Shown: positions 25,861-38,299, counted from the stretch's first letter. The stretch: DNA of 44,150 nucleotides from Octopus bimaculoides (GCF_001194135.2 NC_068983.1:110839412-110883561), one strand, 5' to 3'. Program-made: numbers and translations. Notes: generated from the sequence alone by a model not told the origin.

Positions 25861-26020
25861 TTCTACTCTAGGCACAAGGCCCGCAATATTTGGAGAGGGA
25901 GCCAGTCGATTGGAGCGACCCAAGTACGCAACTGGTACTTAATTTATCGACACCAAAAGGATGAAAGGCAAAGTCGACCTAGGTGGAATTTGAACTCAGG
26001 ACAAAGACAAACGAAATACC
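25861..26020 (-). mobile_element. tRNA-SINE (second family), 5' head cut off at GGTATTTCG
   Basis: Minus strand GGTATTTCGTTTGTCTTTGTCCTGAGTTCAAATTCC (B box) ...GGTCGACTTTGCCTTTCATCC...TAAGTACCAGTTG...GCCTTGTGCCTAGAGTA. No A box; directly preceded by the Tx1 tail. Confidence 0.75.
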
Positions 26021-28685
26021 AATTTCTTTATTGCCCACCGAGCGCTAAGCACAGAAATGGATAGAACAACTGATGGGATCAGTAATGAGATATGGTTTTA
26101 CATAGAATGTGAATTAAAAATTAAATAAAATATCAAAAATCAAATGAAATTAACAATACAGACACAATACAAATGAAGCGGTGATCAGGCCACGCTCCGA
26201 CCGCACAAGTCCCGATCTATCGCTGGTACCGTTTTTTGTTCTTTTTTCCGTCTATTCACACGGCTCTTTGCATGCATAACACTTGTGTAATATGCTTTCA
26301 TCTCTTTTGGAATTTACACTCCGACAGACATCTCTTCTCCAGCCACACCTTTCTTTTCAAATGAAAAGTAAAAAAAAAATGATCGTAAATTGTGGCCAGA
26401 TATAAAGTTGCCTTTTCATCCTAGTCTTCCATATTGCCTCTTTCGCTATTGCTTCAACCGTAAGAAAACAATTCTTACCTTCGTTTGTTAAAACGCCCAG
26501 TGGGTNNNNNNNNNNNNNNNNNNNNNNNNNNNNNNNNNNNNNNNNNNNNNNNNNNNNNNNNNNNNNNNNNNNNNNNNNNNNNNNNNNNNNNNNNNNNNNN
26601 NNNNNNNNNNNNNNNNNNNNNNNNNNNNNNNNNNNNNNNNNNNNNNNNNNNNNNNNNNNNNNNNNNNNNNNNNNNNNNNNNNNNNNNNNNNNNNNNNNNN
26701 NNNNNNNNNNNNNNNNNNNNNNNNNNNNNNNNNNNNNNNNNNNNNNNNNNNNNNNNNNNNNNNNNNNNNNNNNNNNNNNNNNNNNNNNNNNNNNNNNNNN
26801 NNNNNAACCCAAATGAAACGGTGAAGCAGGTGGTCCAGTTGAATAAACTCGAGACTTTAGAGACGCCGCCAGGCCACCGTCGCATTCAGACTCTACCAAC
26901 CCACTATATAAAATTCATGTGGAACCCTACTGCTGGCGTCGCCCGAGCGCCGGAATAGTAAGAAGGCCTTACATCACTCTTTATACCATTCACTCGACCT
27001 CGGTCTTTGAGAACATCAGGCCTCCTGTTCACAAAAACGTTTGAACTCGGGGAACATTTGTCTGGCCAGCGGTGACCACACCCGTTCACTATCCAGGATA
27101 ATTCAGACGTTCCTCAACCTCAACGCATGTCTGCGCATCATTAACCAAAGCATCCATAAACTTCCTTTTAAAGGCTTTTGACAGCAGACATTGCGTTTCA
27201 CAAGTGGCGACCTGTCCTTCCACAAAAAGCGAAAGAGCTGTTTCTCCAACCTGATCAACCACGAATCCTGACAGGGCACGACGGTCAGCCAGTAGGTAAT
27301 GACCGATGCGATAAACACATTGGCAACCTCCGCCCTCTCTTTCAGGGATAGCCACCGCCAAGACCAGGTCTTGACTACTACAGCCACTCTGCTCAATACC
27401 TCCGTCCAGTTTTTCTCTATCTGGGGGTCTGGTCCGAACCAAACTCTCATCGACTTAACCGGTCCCTCTGTCCAGCACCCAACAACGCTGTCTGAAGGCA
27501 TCGACTTGACAACTGAGGTTCCAAACTGCAAGCCGACCGACGTTTCCCGGTTAATCTTTGCTCCTGCCACCTCCTCGTAAGCCTCAATAGTTTTACCCAC
27601 TTCGCGTAGGCGTGCTACTAAGGTTACGCTGATAGTGATATCATCCGCGTAAGCCGTAACAAACTCCTCTAGACCTGGTTCTCTCGGAATACCACTCAAC
27701 CTTCGCAGTAGGGGCTCGAGAGCCACCAAATACAAAAGTGATGAGGGCGGACATCCTTGACGAACCGAGCGTCTGATGCAGAACGGCTTCGAAAGGAAAC
27801 CGTTCACCCGAACTATCGAGTCAATGTTGTGGTACAAAAGGATAAAGCACCTGAAGAAGACAACGCCCAGACCGAAACGCACAAGCACAGTCGCCAGGTA
27901 TCGATGGTCAATCCTATCAAAAGCTTTAGACTGGTCCAAATGTACCAATGCCCCACCTTTGCCAGATTTATCACCAACCCTCTCTATGGTATAGCCAATA
28001 AGGTGGATATTATCCTAACTGGATCTGCCTGGGATGGCACATGTCTGTGCCTCCCCGACTATACCATTCGTGACACGCACCAACGTTTTTGCTAAGACCT
28101 TGGTCAAAATCTTCACTTCTGCGTTTAACAGAGTGATGGCCTGAAATTCTCTATAACGTCCCCCTTGTCCGGGTCCTTTCTGACCAACGTCACTACTCCC
28201 TGGCGCACATATCTGGGGATGAACCCATTCTGTTGCCAGTTCGCGTACACGTCAGCGAGTAGATGCCTGAACAAGTCTGGTATACGTTTATACAACTCAT
28301 ATGAAAGACCATCAAGTCCCGGTGACTTACCCGCTTTACAGTTGGCCAAAACTTCCATCAGCTCCACAGGCGTGATCGGCCTTTCGCAAGACTCCGCATC
28401 CGACACCGAAAGACACAGCATCCAGACAAGAAAGTCCTCGTGGGCTCTCCCACCATTAGGACAACCGACACACCCAAACAGCTGGGAGAAATACTCCCAA
28501 AGGGCCTCACACATTTTCTCGGGTTCATTTACAAGATATTATTGTGATTCGTCAAAAACCGAATAGTGGAACTATTTCCTTGCCGAGTTTCCAGCACTCG
28601 GGCCAATCCAACGGCCTTGATTCTTTCAGTACACGGTGCCTTCCACCCCAAAAGTGACAGCGATAGGCTGTACTTGTCCAGAAGA
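26021..28685 (-). mobile_element. Tx1/L1-clade non-LTR retrotransposon, 5'-truncated (RT, C-terminus, 3' UTR), with an assembly gap
   Basis: GKSPGLDGLSYELY, NFRP; LDQSKAFDRIDH (the Tx1-typical DQxKAFDR), VRQGCPPSSLLY, AYADDIT; C-terminal AIAKEAIW. The 3' end carries AATAAA at about 26028-26033. Confidence 0.88.
27103..27948 (-). pseudogene. Tx1 reverse transcriptase core (longest intact stretch, 281 aa)
   Basis: ORF track: RT motifs including YADD. Flanked by frameshifts and stops. Confidence 0.85.
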
Positions 28686-28689
28686 TAGT

Positions 28690-29275
28690 GTGGGAGATGT
28701 ATGGTCAGTTGCCAGGATTACAGCGAAACATAGGAAAACAGCTTAGGATGGTATGTAAAAAAATGCTGTGGAGCCATATTTGAAACACACGAAAAAGGCC
28801 GGCGTCATCAAAACTTAGAATTGTGTAATGAAAGAAAAATTTGAAGAGGAAAAGAACACAAAAAAAGAAACAGCATGGAAGGAAAGGAATGTACGGACAG
28901 TTTGCAAGTGATACGAGCGCCAAGACAAATACAGAAGACCAGTGGCTATGGACGAGGGAGCGTGACCTGGCGATAAAGTCAAAAGCACACACATGTGCAG
29001 CTCAAAAACAAGTGTTAAGGACCAACTATGTGAAGTGCAGAATAGACAACATATTCGACAGCGGCAAATGCAGAATGTGTGTGGTGAGGGTGTTAAAACG
29101 GTATGGTGCATCGTCAGCGAATGGCCGAAATTGGCACAATGCAAAAACAAAAAAAACATGACAATTTGGCAAGTATGATCTGTTGGGACCTCTGTGGAAA
29201 TCACGACCTAGAAAGAGCAAAGACGTGGTATAAGTAAACCCCAAAAGGAGTCACAAAGAATATAGCATGATACTT
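28690..29275 (+). mobile_element. R4/Dong fragment (pre-knuckle and CCHC region)
   Basis: GMYGQF...QWLW...AAQKQVLRTNYVKCRID...KCRMCGEGVKTVWCIVSE.PKLAQ, then a decayed RHD motif and WYK. Confidence 0.8.
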
Positions 29276-29279
29276 TTGT

Positions 29280-29515
29280 GTAGGTCGACTATGCAAGTTT
29301 GAGTTCCAATTTCTTTCGGTCATTTAGGTAGCAGTTTGGACGTTATTTCTCAGTTTTTTTTTCCATTTCTTTGGTACCAACTTCGTTATAGGGAATTTCA
29401 GAATCTAGGATCATACATTCTATGTTTATTTTATTCTCTATAATCATGTTTAGTTTACTTGCTTCAACAATACGGTCAGTCTTTATGGCGAAGTCTCATT
29501 TTCTGTAAGAAAATG
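29280..29515 (-). mobile_element. R4/Dong REL endonuclease fragment
   Basis: Minus strand DFAIKTDRIVEASKLNMIIENKINIECMILDSEIPY, a decayed DF.I.TD..I.ARRPD...CxIID..IP motif. Confidence 0.6.
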
Positions 29516-29519
29516 AGAA

Positions 29520-29970
29520 TTATTATTGTTATTATTGAGTGAGAGAGCAGTGTATGCCATCAAAGTGACACTGGGGTAAAATATACGAAGCCCATGACAC
29601 CCATCATGACTACCCGTCTGATAAGGGTACACCAAACACATGCATCACAACCATATGTGCGTGACATAGTGATCTCATATCAAGATAAACAGCGCATGGC
29701 CTCGCAGGTGGGGCCCAGTTAGAATTTTCTTCAGGTCGAGTAGCCCATCCCGCTCAAAAGGTCCATGAATTAGGTTTGTTTAAGGATGTTGAGCAAAACA
29801 CCCATGTTTCTCAAGGTGGATTATTCAAGCCCCAAAGAATTTCTCTCAACACATGGCTATGATGCTCCCCCACTACTTCTGCTCGGGATCAGAGATGCAC
29901 ATATCGTCAGTCACGAAGGGACATGCTCAACTGGTTAAGGTCAAACAACTGACAAGCAAATGTGTGTCAT
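29520..29970 (-). mobile_element. Non-coding SINE-like interspersed repeat with (TAA)n tail
   Basis: GC-richer non-coding block ending on the minus strand in CTCTCACTCAATAATAACAATAAT. Single copy here; recognised only from memory as an abundant octopus repeat. Confidence 0.35.
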
Positions 29971-29999
29971 TGTTATTATTGTTGCTGTTGTTGTTATTG

Positions 30000-30225
30000 T
30001 TTTACTTCTCAGAACGCTAGTTCTTGTTTGTTCTCATAGATCCTGTGAGAGTGGACAGCAGCCTGCTCTCAGAGGTCTCACAGGGTCTCTTTCCGTAAAT
30101 TATAAGCTCGGGGTGTCACTCTTAAGCTGGAAGGCTCAGTGTACTGTCAGCATTTTTCTTGTCTTCGTATCCATATTCATCATTTCTTTTTTTGCCATTT
30201 TATGATTCCAGCTCCATACTGAAGT
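30000..30225 (-). mobile_element. R4/Dong post-RT fragment
   Basis: LQYGAGIIKWQKKEMMNMDTKTRKMLTVH*AFQLKSD, homologous to IDRKLRKL...MHHPKAEMD of the 18545 copy. Confidence 0.65.
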
Positions 30226-30236
30226 TGTTGTTGTTG

Positions 30237-30304
<68 letters not shown>

Positions 30305-30311
30305 GTTGTTG

Positions 30312-30403
30312 GTTTGATTCCTGCTGTTCTATTTGCGGTTGTTCTTTACTTTAAAGCGGGCAATAACGAATCACCAAAGGTTTCAAGTAGCACTCTCCAT
30401 AAA
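30312..30403 (-). mobile_element. 3' UTR-only R4/Dong remnant between (TAA)n tracts
   Basis: Minus strand GAAACCTTTGGTGATTCGTTATTGCCCGCTTTAAAGTAAAGAACAACCG versus GAAACATTTGGCAATTTGTTATTGCCTGCTTTCAAGAAAAGGATAACCG at 43492-43540. Confidence 0.6.
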
Positions 30404-30429
30404 ATTATTATTATTATTATTATTATTTT

Positions 30430-31345
30430 ATGTTTGACTTTTGTTTTGCATTTGTACAAGTTGGATCCAAGTCTCACCCAGAGACCTCAAGAGACAACAA
30501 GTTAGAAGTTCATGTAGGTGTTATGCCTAGGGTACCATATATTTGGATTTGTACAGTTTTGTTCTAGTGAATATTTAAGAAACCATAAGAAAATTATGTT
30601 TGCTTTAAAGTTTGAGATCACATAAACAGTATTTTACGTAGGATATGGGCAGTTTCCATGAGCACTATCTTTTGAACTTCAGCCATTTTGGGGTTTCCTG
30701 CTACCTGAGCTAGGTAGTAATCAGACGGTTCGCTGTCATTCCCAGGGCACCTATGACAATAGGTATTGTTTTCGTCTTCAGATTCCACATTTTGCTAATT
30801 TCTATTTCAAAATCTTTATATTTGCTCAGTTTTTGGTAGGTCTTGACAGATACGTTTATATCGATTGGGACAGTCATATCAATGAGGAGGCATGATTATT
30901 GTCTGAAGTCTTTCAGTATGATGTCTGGCCTATTTGCGTCTATCTTTCTGTCAGTTTGAATGGTGAAGTTCCAGAGGAGTGCAATGTGATCATTTTCAAG
31001 TACTGGGGGTGGTTTGTGTTCCCACCAGTTTCTATCATGGGGCAAGTCCAGGTTTTTGCATATTACCCAGTGAATATATTGTGCAGCTCTATCATGCCTG
31101 TTGAGATACCCTGTAGGCGCAAGCAGACTGCACATGGAGACAACATGATCGATGGTCTCATTTTGTTGTTGGCATATACGACATAATGGGGAGCTGCCGT
31201 TCTTTAATATGTTGGTAGTTCTTTGTAGGTAGGCATTGATCTTGGGCTGCTATGATAAACCCCTCTGTTTCTGATTTCAAGCCAGAGGCCATTAGCCATT
31301 GATGGGTAAGGGCTTTGTCAATATCTGCATTATTCGCTCTCTTTG
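30430..31345 (-). mobile_element. 5'-truncated R4/Dong element (knuckle, REL endonuclease, 3' UTR, TAA tail)
   Basis: GLKSETEGFIIAAQDQCLPT; ETIDHVVSMC; RHDRAAQYIHW; LLWNFTIQTDRKIDANRPDIILKD; LIDMTVP; KLSKYKD; IVIGALG. (TAA)n lies at both ends. Confidence 0.9.
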
Positions 31346-31394
31346 GGTATTATTATTATTATTAATATTATTATTATTATTATTATTATTATTG

Positions 31395-33399
31395 GTGTTG
31401 TTGTTATTTCAGTTTGTCTTACTTTTACTGTTTGTTTTGCAACATAACAGGGTTAGTTCTATGCGTATTCGGTATGTCTTTTGCTTTTTACAGTTCAGAT
31501 AACGTTTCTCTACGTTATATAATTGCCTAATGCTTCTATTTTCAATACATTGTATATGTAAGTTCTTTGTTTATATATAACATCTATTTTCATTGTTTAT
31601 ATATATATCGTTAGCTATTTTCTTTTTTCTTAAGGCAGCTATTATTAAAGGATTTGTTTCTCTCTTCATTGACATTTCTATTTTTAGATATTTAAACTTC
31701 TTAGTTTCTCATTTCTTTGAGATATATATTGTTGTCTGTTGGAACTGATTCGTCTATTATAAAGTATTTCTTTTCCTGGTTGTATTTGACTATATTGACT
31801 GGGTAATGTTCTTTAATCTTCCCATCTTCGTGAATCGGCATGCCCCAGAGCATATTCAATTTGTCATTCCGAAATATTATTTCTGATGTCGGTTGTGCCA
31901 TCTTGAATCTTTTCATATTCTATAATACTGGCATCATTCCCAATATATGAAACTTACACATCTATCATACTCATTTATATACTCCAAGTTGGCTAAGACA
32001 AAGCAACCAGAAAAGTTGTGATTGATTGCCTCTTTGCATTTTCCACATCTTCTGAATTTACAGATTACCTAGTGCGTCTTTATGTTTACCGTAGTTCCGG
32101 ATGTAAGGCATTAGTCTTCTACTGCAATAAAGCCGTTACTTTTGATTGTGTACTGAGAATTGCATTGTTTCAGTTTAGCTCAATACAAGCTTCTCTTTTT
32201 TTTTGTTGTCCAAGTAGGATCTTTCTTGTAAATGTGTTAGAAAGAATTTTAAAATTAAGTTTCACTTCTTAAATATTGTCTTTAAGCATTTCTCCAAAAC
32301 TTTCAACTGTTTACCACTACAATCTGTGTTCTATATTTTTAGGTGCCACTAAACTGAGAAAACGTTTCGTGAATGGTTTGTTAGTAATTACAGTTAGTTA
32401 TATACTAAATAACTCTTTTCAAGAATATTTATTTTATATGGCTTACTCACAAATTGCACTAGATCACATCTTTTCATCAACCTGAACTCGAAAGTTCAAA
32501 ATGTTTACACTGTACACTTCATAGAAGAAACGTACACTTCCATAATCGTGTCTGACTCGATTCACCTAGTCCCATACCTAATAGAATATTGAAGAGTTGA
32601 CTCTTTACTACCGTATTGTATATGCTGTCAAAATAATTAACTTGCCTGTTACTTTCATTTTGAGGTATGGTTTGGATTGAGAACATTATAATGATAATAC
32701 CCATTTTATTCTATGGAGGATTTCAGTTTAAAAGTTTATCTAAAATATCTACGCTATTTCTTTCTCAATTTTTCTTTCATTTACTTGTGTACTTTGCTCA
32801 TTAATTCTTAACAGCTTGTAATCCGGTTATTTCTTCTCTGATTATTTTGTCTTTGATTCTTTAGTTACCAATAACATCACTGAATGTTATTCATTTTCCA
32901 CTCTTAAATGTAATGTAGCCTAGGAGCTGGCTAATTTACTTATTGTGTATTTTAAAAAAAGGGTTTTCAGTTATTTGTTATATGTAACATGGAAAAAGTC
33001 TATCTACAGGAGACGGTTGAGCGACATTCTATAGCACTAGTATCTACATCCGAATTATTCGGTAAAGGTTTCGGAGGGTAGGAAATAAAATAAAGCAGGG
33101 GTTCCGTTGAAATTGTTGCATTTTCTTGGGCATCATGATCTTGAACAGTTTCATCCTTTGTTGTGCAGAAAAATGTTGTTATTTTATTCTTTGCACGTTT
33201 GTTATACGGATATTCTTGCAAGTTATTGGTGTTATCAAATGGCTGATCATCAAACCATAATATACAAGACCCCTTCCTTCTTTACGAAGTTAATATTACA
33301 TTTATAGATTAGTAATTGATACTTTACAATTCAACCTTTGATGTATTCACTCTGTTCATCTAGAAGCATATATACATATATTCATGTGTGTATATGTAT

Positions 33400-33441
<42 letters not shown>

Positions 33442-34700
33442 ACACACACATACATATTTAGTTTCTCAATCCTCATCTACTCTTTGTAGAAAGATTGGTG
33501 TTGAGGACATTTTTATATGGTAAGCAGCATGTTATGAGTATATATGTTATGGCGTCTAAGGTTTCTCCTGCTTTGCTAAAATGTATGGCTTTTGTAAATC
33601 CTTAAAGTACCATTTCAAGTTGTTTTAGTAGATGACTGAACTGTTACATACTTTATACATACTTTTGACAAATATCATTTCTATTTGTTCGTAATCTTGT
33701 ATATTTGTGCAAGATTGGTCAATATTCCCTCATGATAGAGCTGTCTTCCTTTATCTATTGTGGGTAAGTGGTTTTTCATAAAATTACTTGAATTTGCAGA
33801 GAAAACGTAGAATTCATAACTAAGTATTCTTGCTCTGCTTTAAGGAGTACCTTTCTTCTTGGGCGCCTTTTGATTCCGATTGATTCTTTTGTTATACTTT
33901 TATATTTTGTTTATCTATCTGTCCTTTTTTGCCATTTATATGTTTCCGTGACCAATCTAATTGAGACTAGGAAATCTTGTCTTTTATTTGCCACCTTCCA
34001 CTGTATCTCTGTTTAACAACTTATTTGCTTAGGTTTAAATATTTCTATAGAAATTTCCTTTGTACCAGCAGCGGCGGATACACAATAGATGAGTTGATTT
34101 ATTTAGGCGATATTGATATTCACATCTGTTTCCACGATGGTTATTATAACTTATATTGCTGTTGTTATTTTACCATTCAATTTTATCTTTTGAAGAGTCT
34201 TTCGTTGGTTGATAGAAACTTTTCTATTGGCTCTACTACTAGCTCTTTAGAGTAACGCCATATTCAGATTTTTCAAGTGTAGAACTTCCAACTCTACGAT
34301 CCTTTTCACATTCCTTTGTGTGCATGTATATTCGTTAGAAACATTCAGGTCTAGCATTTGTTGAACTTTATTTTGTAGGTATGTTCGGCTTTGGTTTTGT
34401 ATTTTGTTCTCTTTTTTTTTCTTCATTCTTGACCTTGTTCTATGTCTTCTATATTCATGATTCATTTATGTTCGCAAAGTTTTTAGCTGTAGGTACTAAA
34501 ATTTTTTTATTCGTTTGTTTTTATATTTGGTGCTTCTTTGTATTTATGTAATATTTAACTTGATTCTTGAATTTTTATGAATCCCTACTTTTTTATTGTT
34601 ATTTCTGTCCATCCTCTTGTTCTTATAATCTCAGTTCAGTCCTGGTTGTGCAAAACTATGACCAGTGGTAATATTTCCGTGATCATCTCTTTTATGATTA
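31395..34700 (-). mobile_element. Old, heavily decayed, possibly near-full-length R4/Dong element
   Basis: The 3' half is clear: GKCKEAINHNFSGC..LANLEYINEYDRCVSFIYW and LWGMPIH...IIDESVPTDNNIYLKEM (31700-32150). The 32500-34700 part gives only scattered similarity (PITCKNI; INQLIY) and is tentative. Contains a (CA)n tract near 33400. Confidence 0.55.
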
Positions 34701-35976
34701 CGTTATAATGAATCCTGAGCTACATTAGTATCAAAGCATAAGATACTCTTTGGTTTTTATACGAGTATATGATTTAATGTGAATAATCTGATAGCCTTAT
34801 TAGATCGAGTGACGCTTAAATACATCCTCCTGTTTGCGTTTATATGTTAATGTCTAAGATTTAGTGCCAAACACTTTAATTTCAATGAACTAATGGCATT
34901 AAAAGTTTAATTTTGTTGATAGATGCTTCTGAAAGAAAATACAGATGCCCTTGCTTACCTGCATGAAATATTTGCAAATGTCACGAATCCAACGCATGCT
35001 TCATCATTATTAGCCAAAACAGCTTATTCTGAAAACTCTGCAGAGCCATATCCTTCGTCAGTAAACGGAAGAACAAATATATTTACATGGTGAGGTTTGT
35101 CTAACAGCAAAGCAAAATAACTACCTCTAATAGATAACAAACATGATGTTGCTATTCTCAACCTATGTCTCTCCTTTCAGGATTAGATTCCGGTTGTTAA
35201 TGAAGATTATTTTCAGATTATGTAGAAGGATATTGTTATAGTCAAGTTTCACAAATTAGTATGTGGTGTAGTATAGGTATTTAGAATAGAAACGCATTTT
35301 TCTTGAGTACATTTTTTTTTATTTACGAGTCATGAAGGTTAAATGTCGTCCCTGTATTTAGATTGCCATCGTTTTATTTTTATACCAATTTACTTGTTTC
35401 TGAAAATATTGAATTCTACAACTAGTATTTTTATGCACCAAATTCAATGTTAGCATTCCTATCTAACTCTGTGCTGAATGGTATTCTTTATAATTGGACT
35501 GTTTGTCTATCTTTTATGTCTGTATACTGAATGTCTTGTAGGGAATTGACATGCGCTCTGTTTGTTTACATGTTAGAGCTGATCTCGTACAAGTACGAAT
35601 ATAAAAAAAACATTAGTTCTGTTACGTAAAAAGCAATAATATTTCACTTATACATTTAAGCAGGACACAAGTATCCATTAACAATTTTGTCATATATTTT
35701 ATCTAGTCGATATTAATGGGTATATTTACGAACAGTCAAGTATCGTTCTCTCATGTCAAATGTCCACCGGCGTTCTGTCTGACTTGACTTGCACCGTTAG
35801 TTTGCTTATGCATCGTAGCCAATCGACAAGAAATAAAAATACTCAAAATATGTTACGTACATGAGGTAAAAGGCAATGAAATGTTACTAATACTTTAATG
35901 TATTACATAAAATTGTTATTTAATTGATGGTAGTGTACAATTTTAAAGAAATCGAATACTGTTTTCCCATGATATA

Positions 35977-36076
35977 TTCTTCTTCTTCTTCTTCTTCTTC
36001 TTCTTCTTCTTCTTCTTCTTCTTCTTCTTCTTCTTCTTCTTCTTCTTCTTCTTCTTCTTCTACTACTACTACTACA

Positions 36077-36159
<83 letters not shown>

Positions 36160-36190
36160 CAACAACAATAATAATAATATTAATGATAAT
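35977..36190. repeat. In-phase compound trinucleotide array (TTC)n(TAC)n(CAC)n(CAA)n(TAA)n
   Basis: Visible directly; each motif differs from the next by one base. Confidence 0.97.
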
Positions 36191-38299
36191 AATGCACCAC
36201 CTCTTCTACATCTTCCGCCTCCTACTACTGCATTTCGCCCGTCAGTACATTTTGAGTTCAAGTTTCAAGTTTACGCGAAATCCTGCTGTCAAAAGTTTAC
36301 TTAAGGAATTGAATTTACTCTGATACTAATTTACTTCATATGAAAAGTGGTCAGAGTTGGCACCGTTAATGTAGCACCAGAATCAAATTTTTGATATTTG
36401 GTGGAATTTGCTCTGGGAAGGTATTCAGAAAATGAAACATTGGATTAAACGTGACTGGAGAACGCGAATTCGGTGAAATATGTGACACTATACTAGATCT
36501 CCGATCCACGAACTAACAGATATCTTAACTAGTGGAGATAATTAAAACCAAAAATCTTAGCTCTTACCACCACAACTGAAACAGCGTGAACAACATCACA
36601 CATAAATAAAAATAGCAAAATGAAGAGCGAAAAAATTATCATTGACAACGAATGCCACCACACCACACATAAGAGCGATAGGGACAGCAACAGAAAATCC
36701 TCAAAGCAACAACGTCAATCATACCAAACGAATACCACGAACAGGCCACTACCAACTTCGAGTTACTCAAACACTTCTTAAAGGGAAGTTTATGAAAATT
36801 GCTCTAAATGGTAATAGAAAGAAAAAAAATATTATGCCCGCAAAACACATCCGGGAGATCATCATCATCCTAACCACTACTACCACCGCCGCCACTATTA
36901 CCACCACTATCAGAACCACCAGTATCACAACTGAAATTACAAATGCAAGCACGATTTAATCAACAAACACATATCATCACCACAACATGAATAGAAAAAG
37001 AGCATCCTTGAACTACATGACTAAACATGCAAGCAGCTACATTAATGAATAACGTACATGAAGTTAAAAAGCATTACACAGAATAACTACATCCGCCCAA
37101 CAAATAACATACTGACACATATACAAACAACATAATAGACATGCAATCTGTCATTTAAAAAATCATTGGAGTAGAATATTTCGAATGGAATTGAATATCT
37201 CGAGTGGAATATTGATAAACGATTATGCAAAGATTAATTCGTGGAAACATCACTAACTAATCGTAATGGCAGAACACCTATCCTACGACAGAATGATATC
37301 AGTGGTTCTCCATTACCTCATTTAGTTTAGATTGATCTGAGTTCCACTTGGAAACAAGATCAATTTTTCAACAACCTCAGATCACCAGCTATATAATTAT
37401 TGTCTATTGCCATGACTATAATTTCCTAACCTCAAAGTATCACGCTCAGTTTTAGTGGCTGCAAGTTGTACGTATCTTCCTGTGACCTGAGATCGGGAGG
37501 GGGAATTATACTGTTCCAAATTATCTGGATCTCACAATATTAACTATAAACTTTTTATTCAGAAGGTAAGTTGGTGGTAGTAGACAAATAGAAGCAAAAG
37601 TCAGTAGTTCTGCAGCTCGATACCTGAAGTGCAGAACTGGGTACCCAGTCTAACCCTCAAAAAGACCAAAAAGAATAAATCTTTCAAGGGTGGCACAGAA
37701 GTAGCGAAAACTTATATCACCTCAGTCCTCTATTACCATATGACTATCATGCTTTCCCTGTCTATGATTAATGAGACGGTGACATGCTCCGAGGTTACAA
37801 CATTTGAGGTTACAACGTTTTCTCCAGATAATCTCTTTTAGAGATCTGCAGTCCTAAATCAAGCAAAATCTAAGGTTGCTTGATATCTGGATCATCATAA
37901 AACGCTCTAAGAGTCAAGCAATGCAGTTGGTGGAAATTACTCATTGCTGATCTATAGGCTGTTAGAGGATATAAAAGGCCACCTTCTCGTGGAAAATGTG
38001 GGTATCGAAGAAAATCTACTGACAAGTCTGTCCCGGGTGATGTCTAATCTTTGGCATGTAGATTATTTCCAGAAATACATGGCAATTCTAACTAGCGGCG
38101 CTGGTGCTTCCAGACAAATTATACAATACAAGTGTTTAGTCAGCCGGGCCTCTCTGAGACACGTACACAGCAATGATACCAATCTGCATGCACTGAGCTT
38201 CTTTCACTGGTTAAAATTGACTTCACTGGTCAGCAATGCCCTCAGTGGTCAACGAGCATTGCTGACTTTTATAATTAGTTAAAACCCAAATATGTGCTG

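Noticed and set aside
28690-29515. Twin-priming inversion of a single Dong copy
   Set aside because: The pieces are tail-to-tail and appear to overlap in the region they encode, which does not fit twin-priming geometry. They are more likely two insertions.
33000-33221. 73-aa minus-strand ORF as a host exon
   Set aside because: It lies within the span of the decayed Dong element, and another frame gives a PITC motif; no family recognised.
37250-38290. GC-richer block with 70-112 aa ORFs
   Set aside because: Probably an old LINE (an SDH-like motif near 37380), but no diagnostic motif set could be read.
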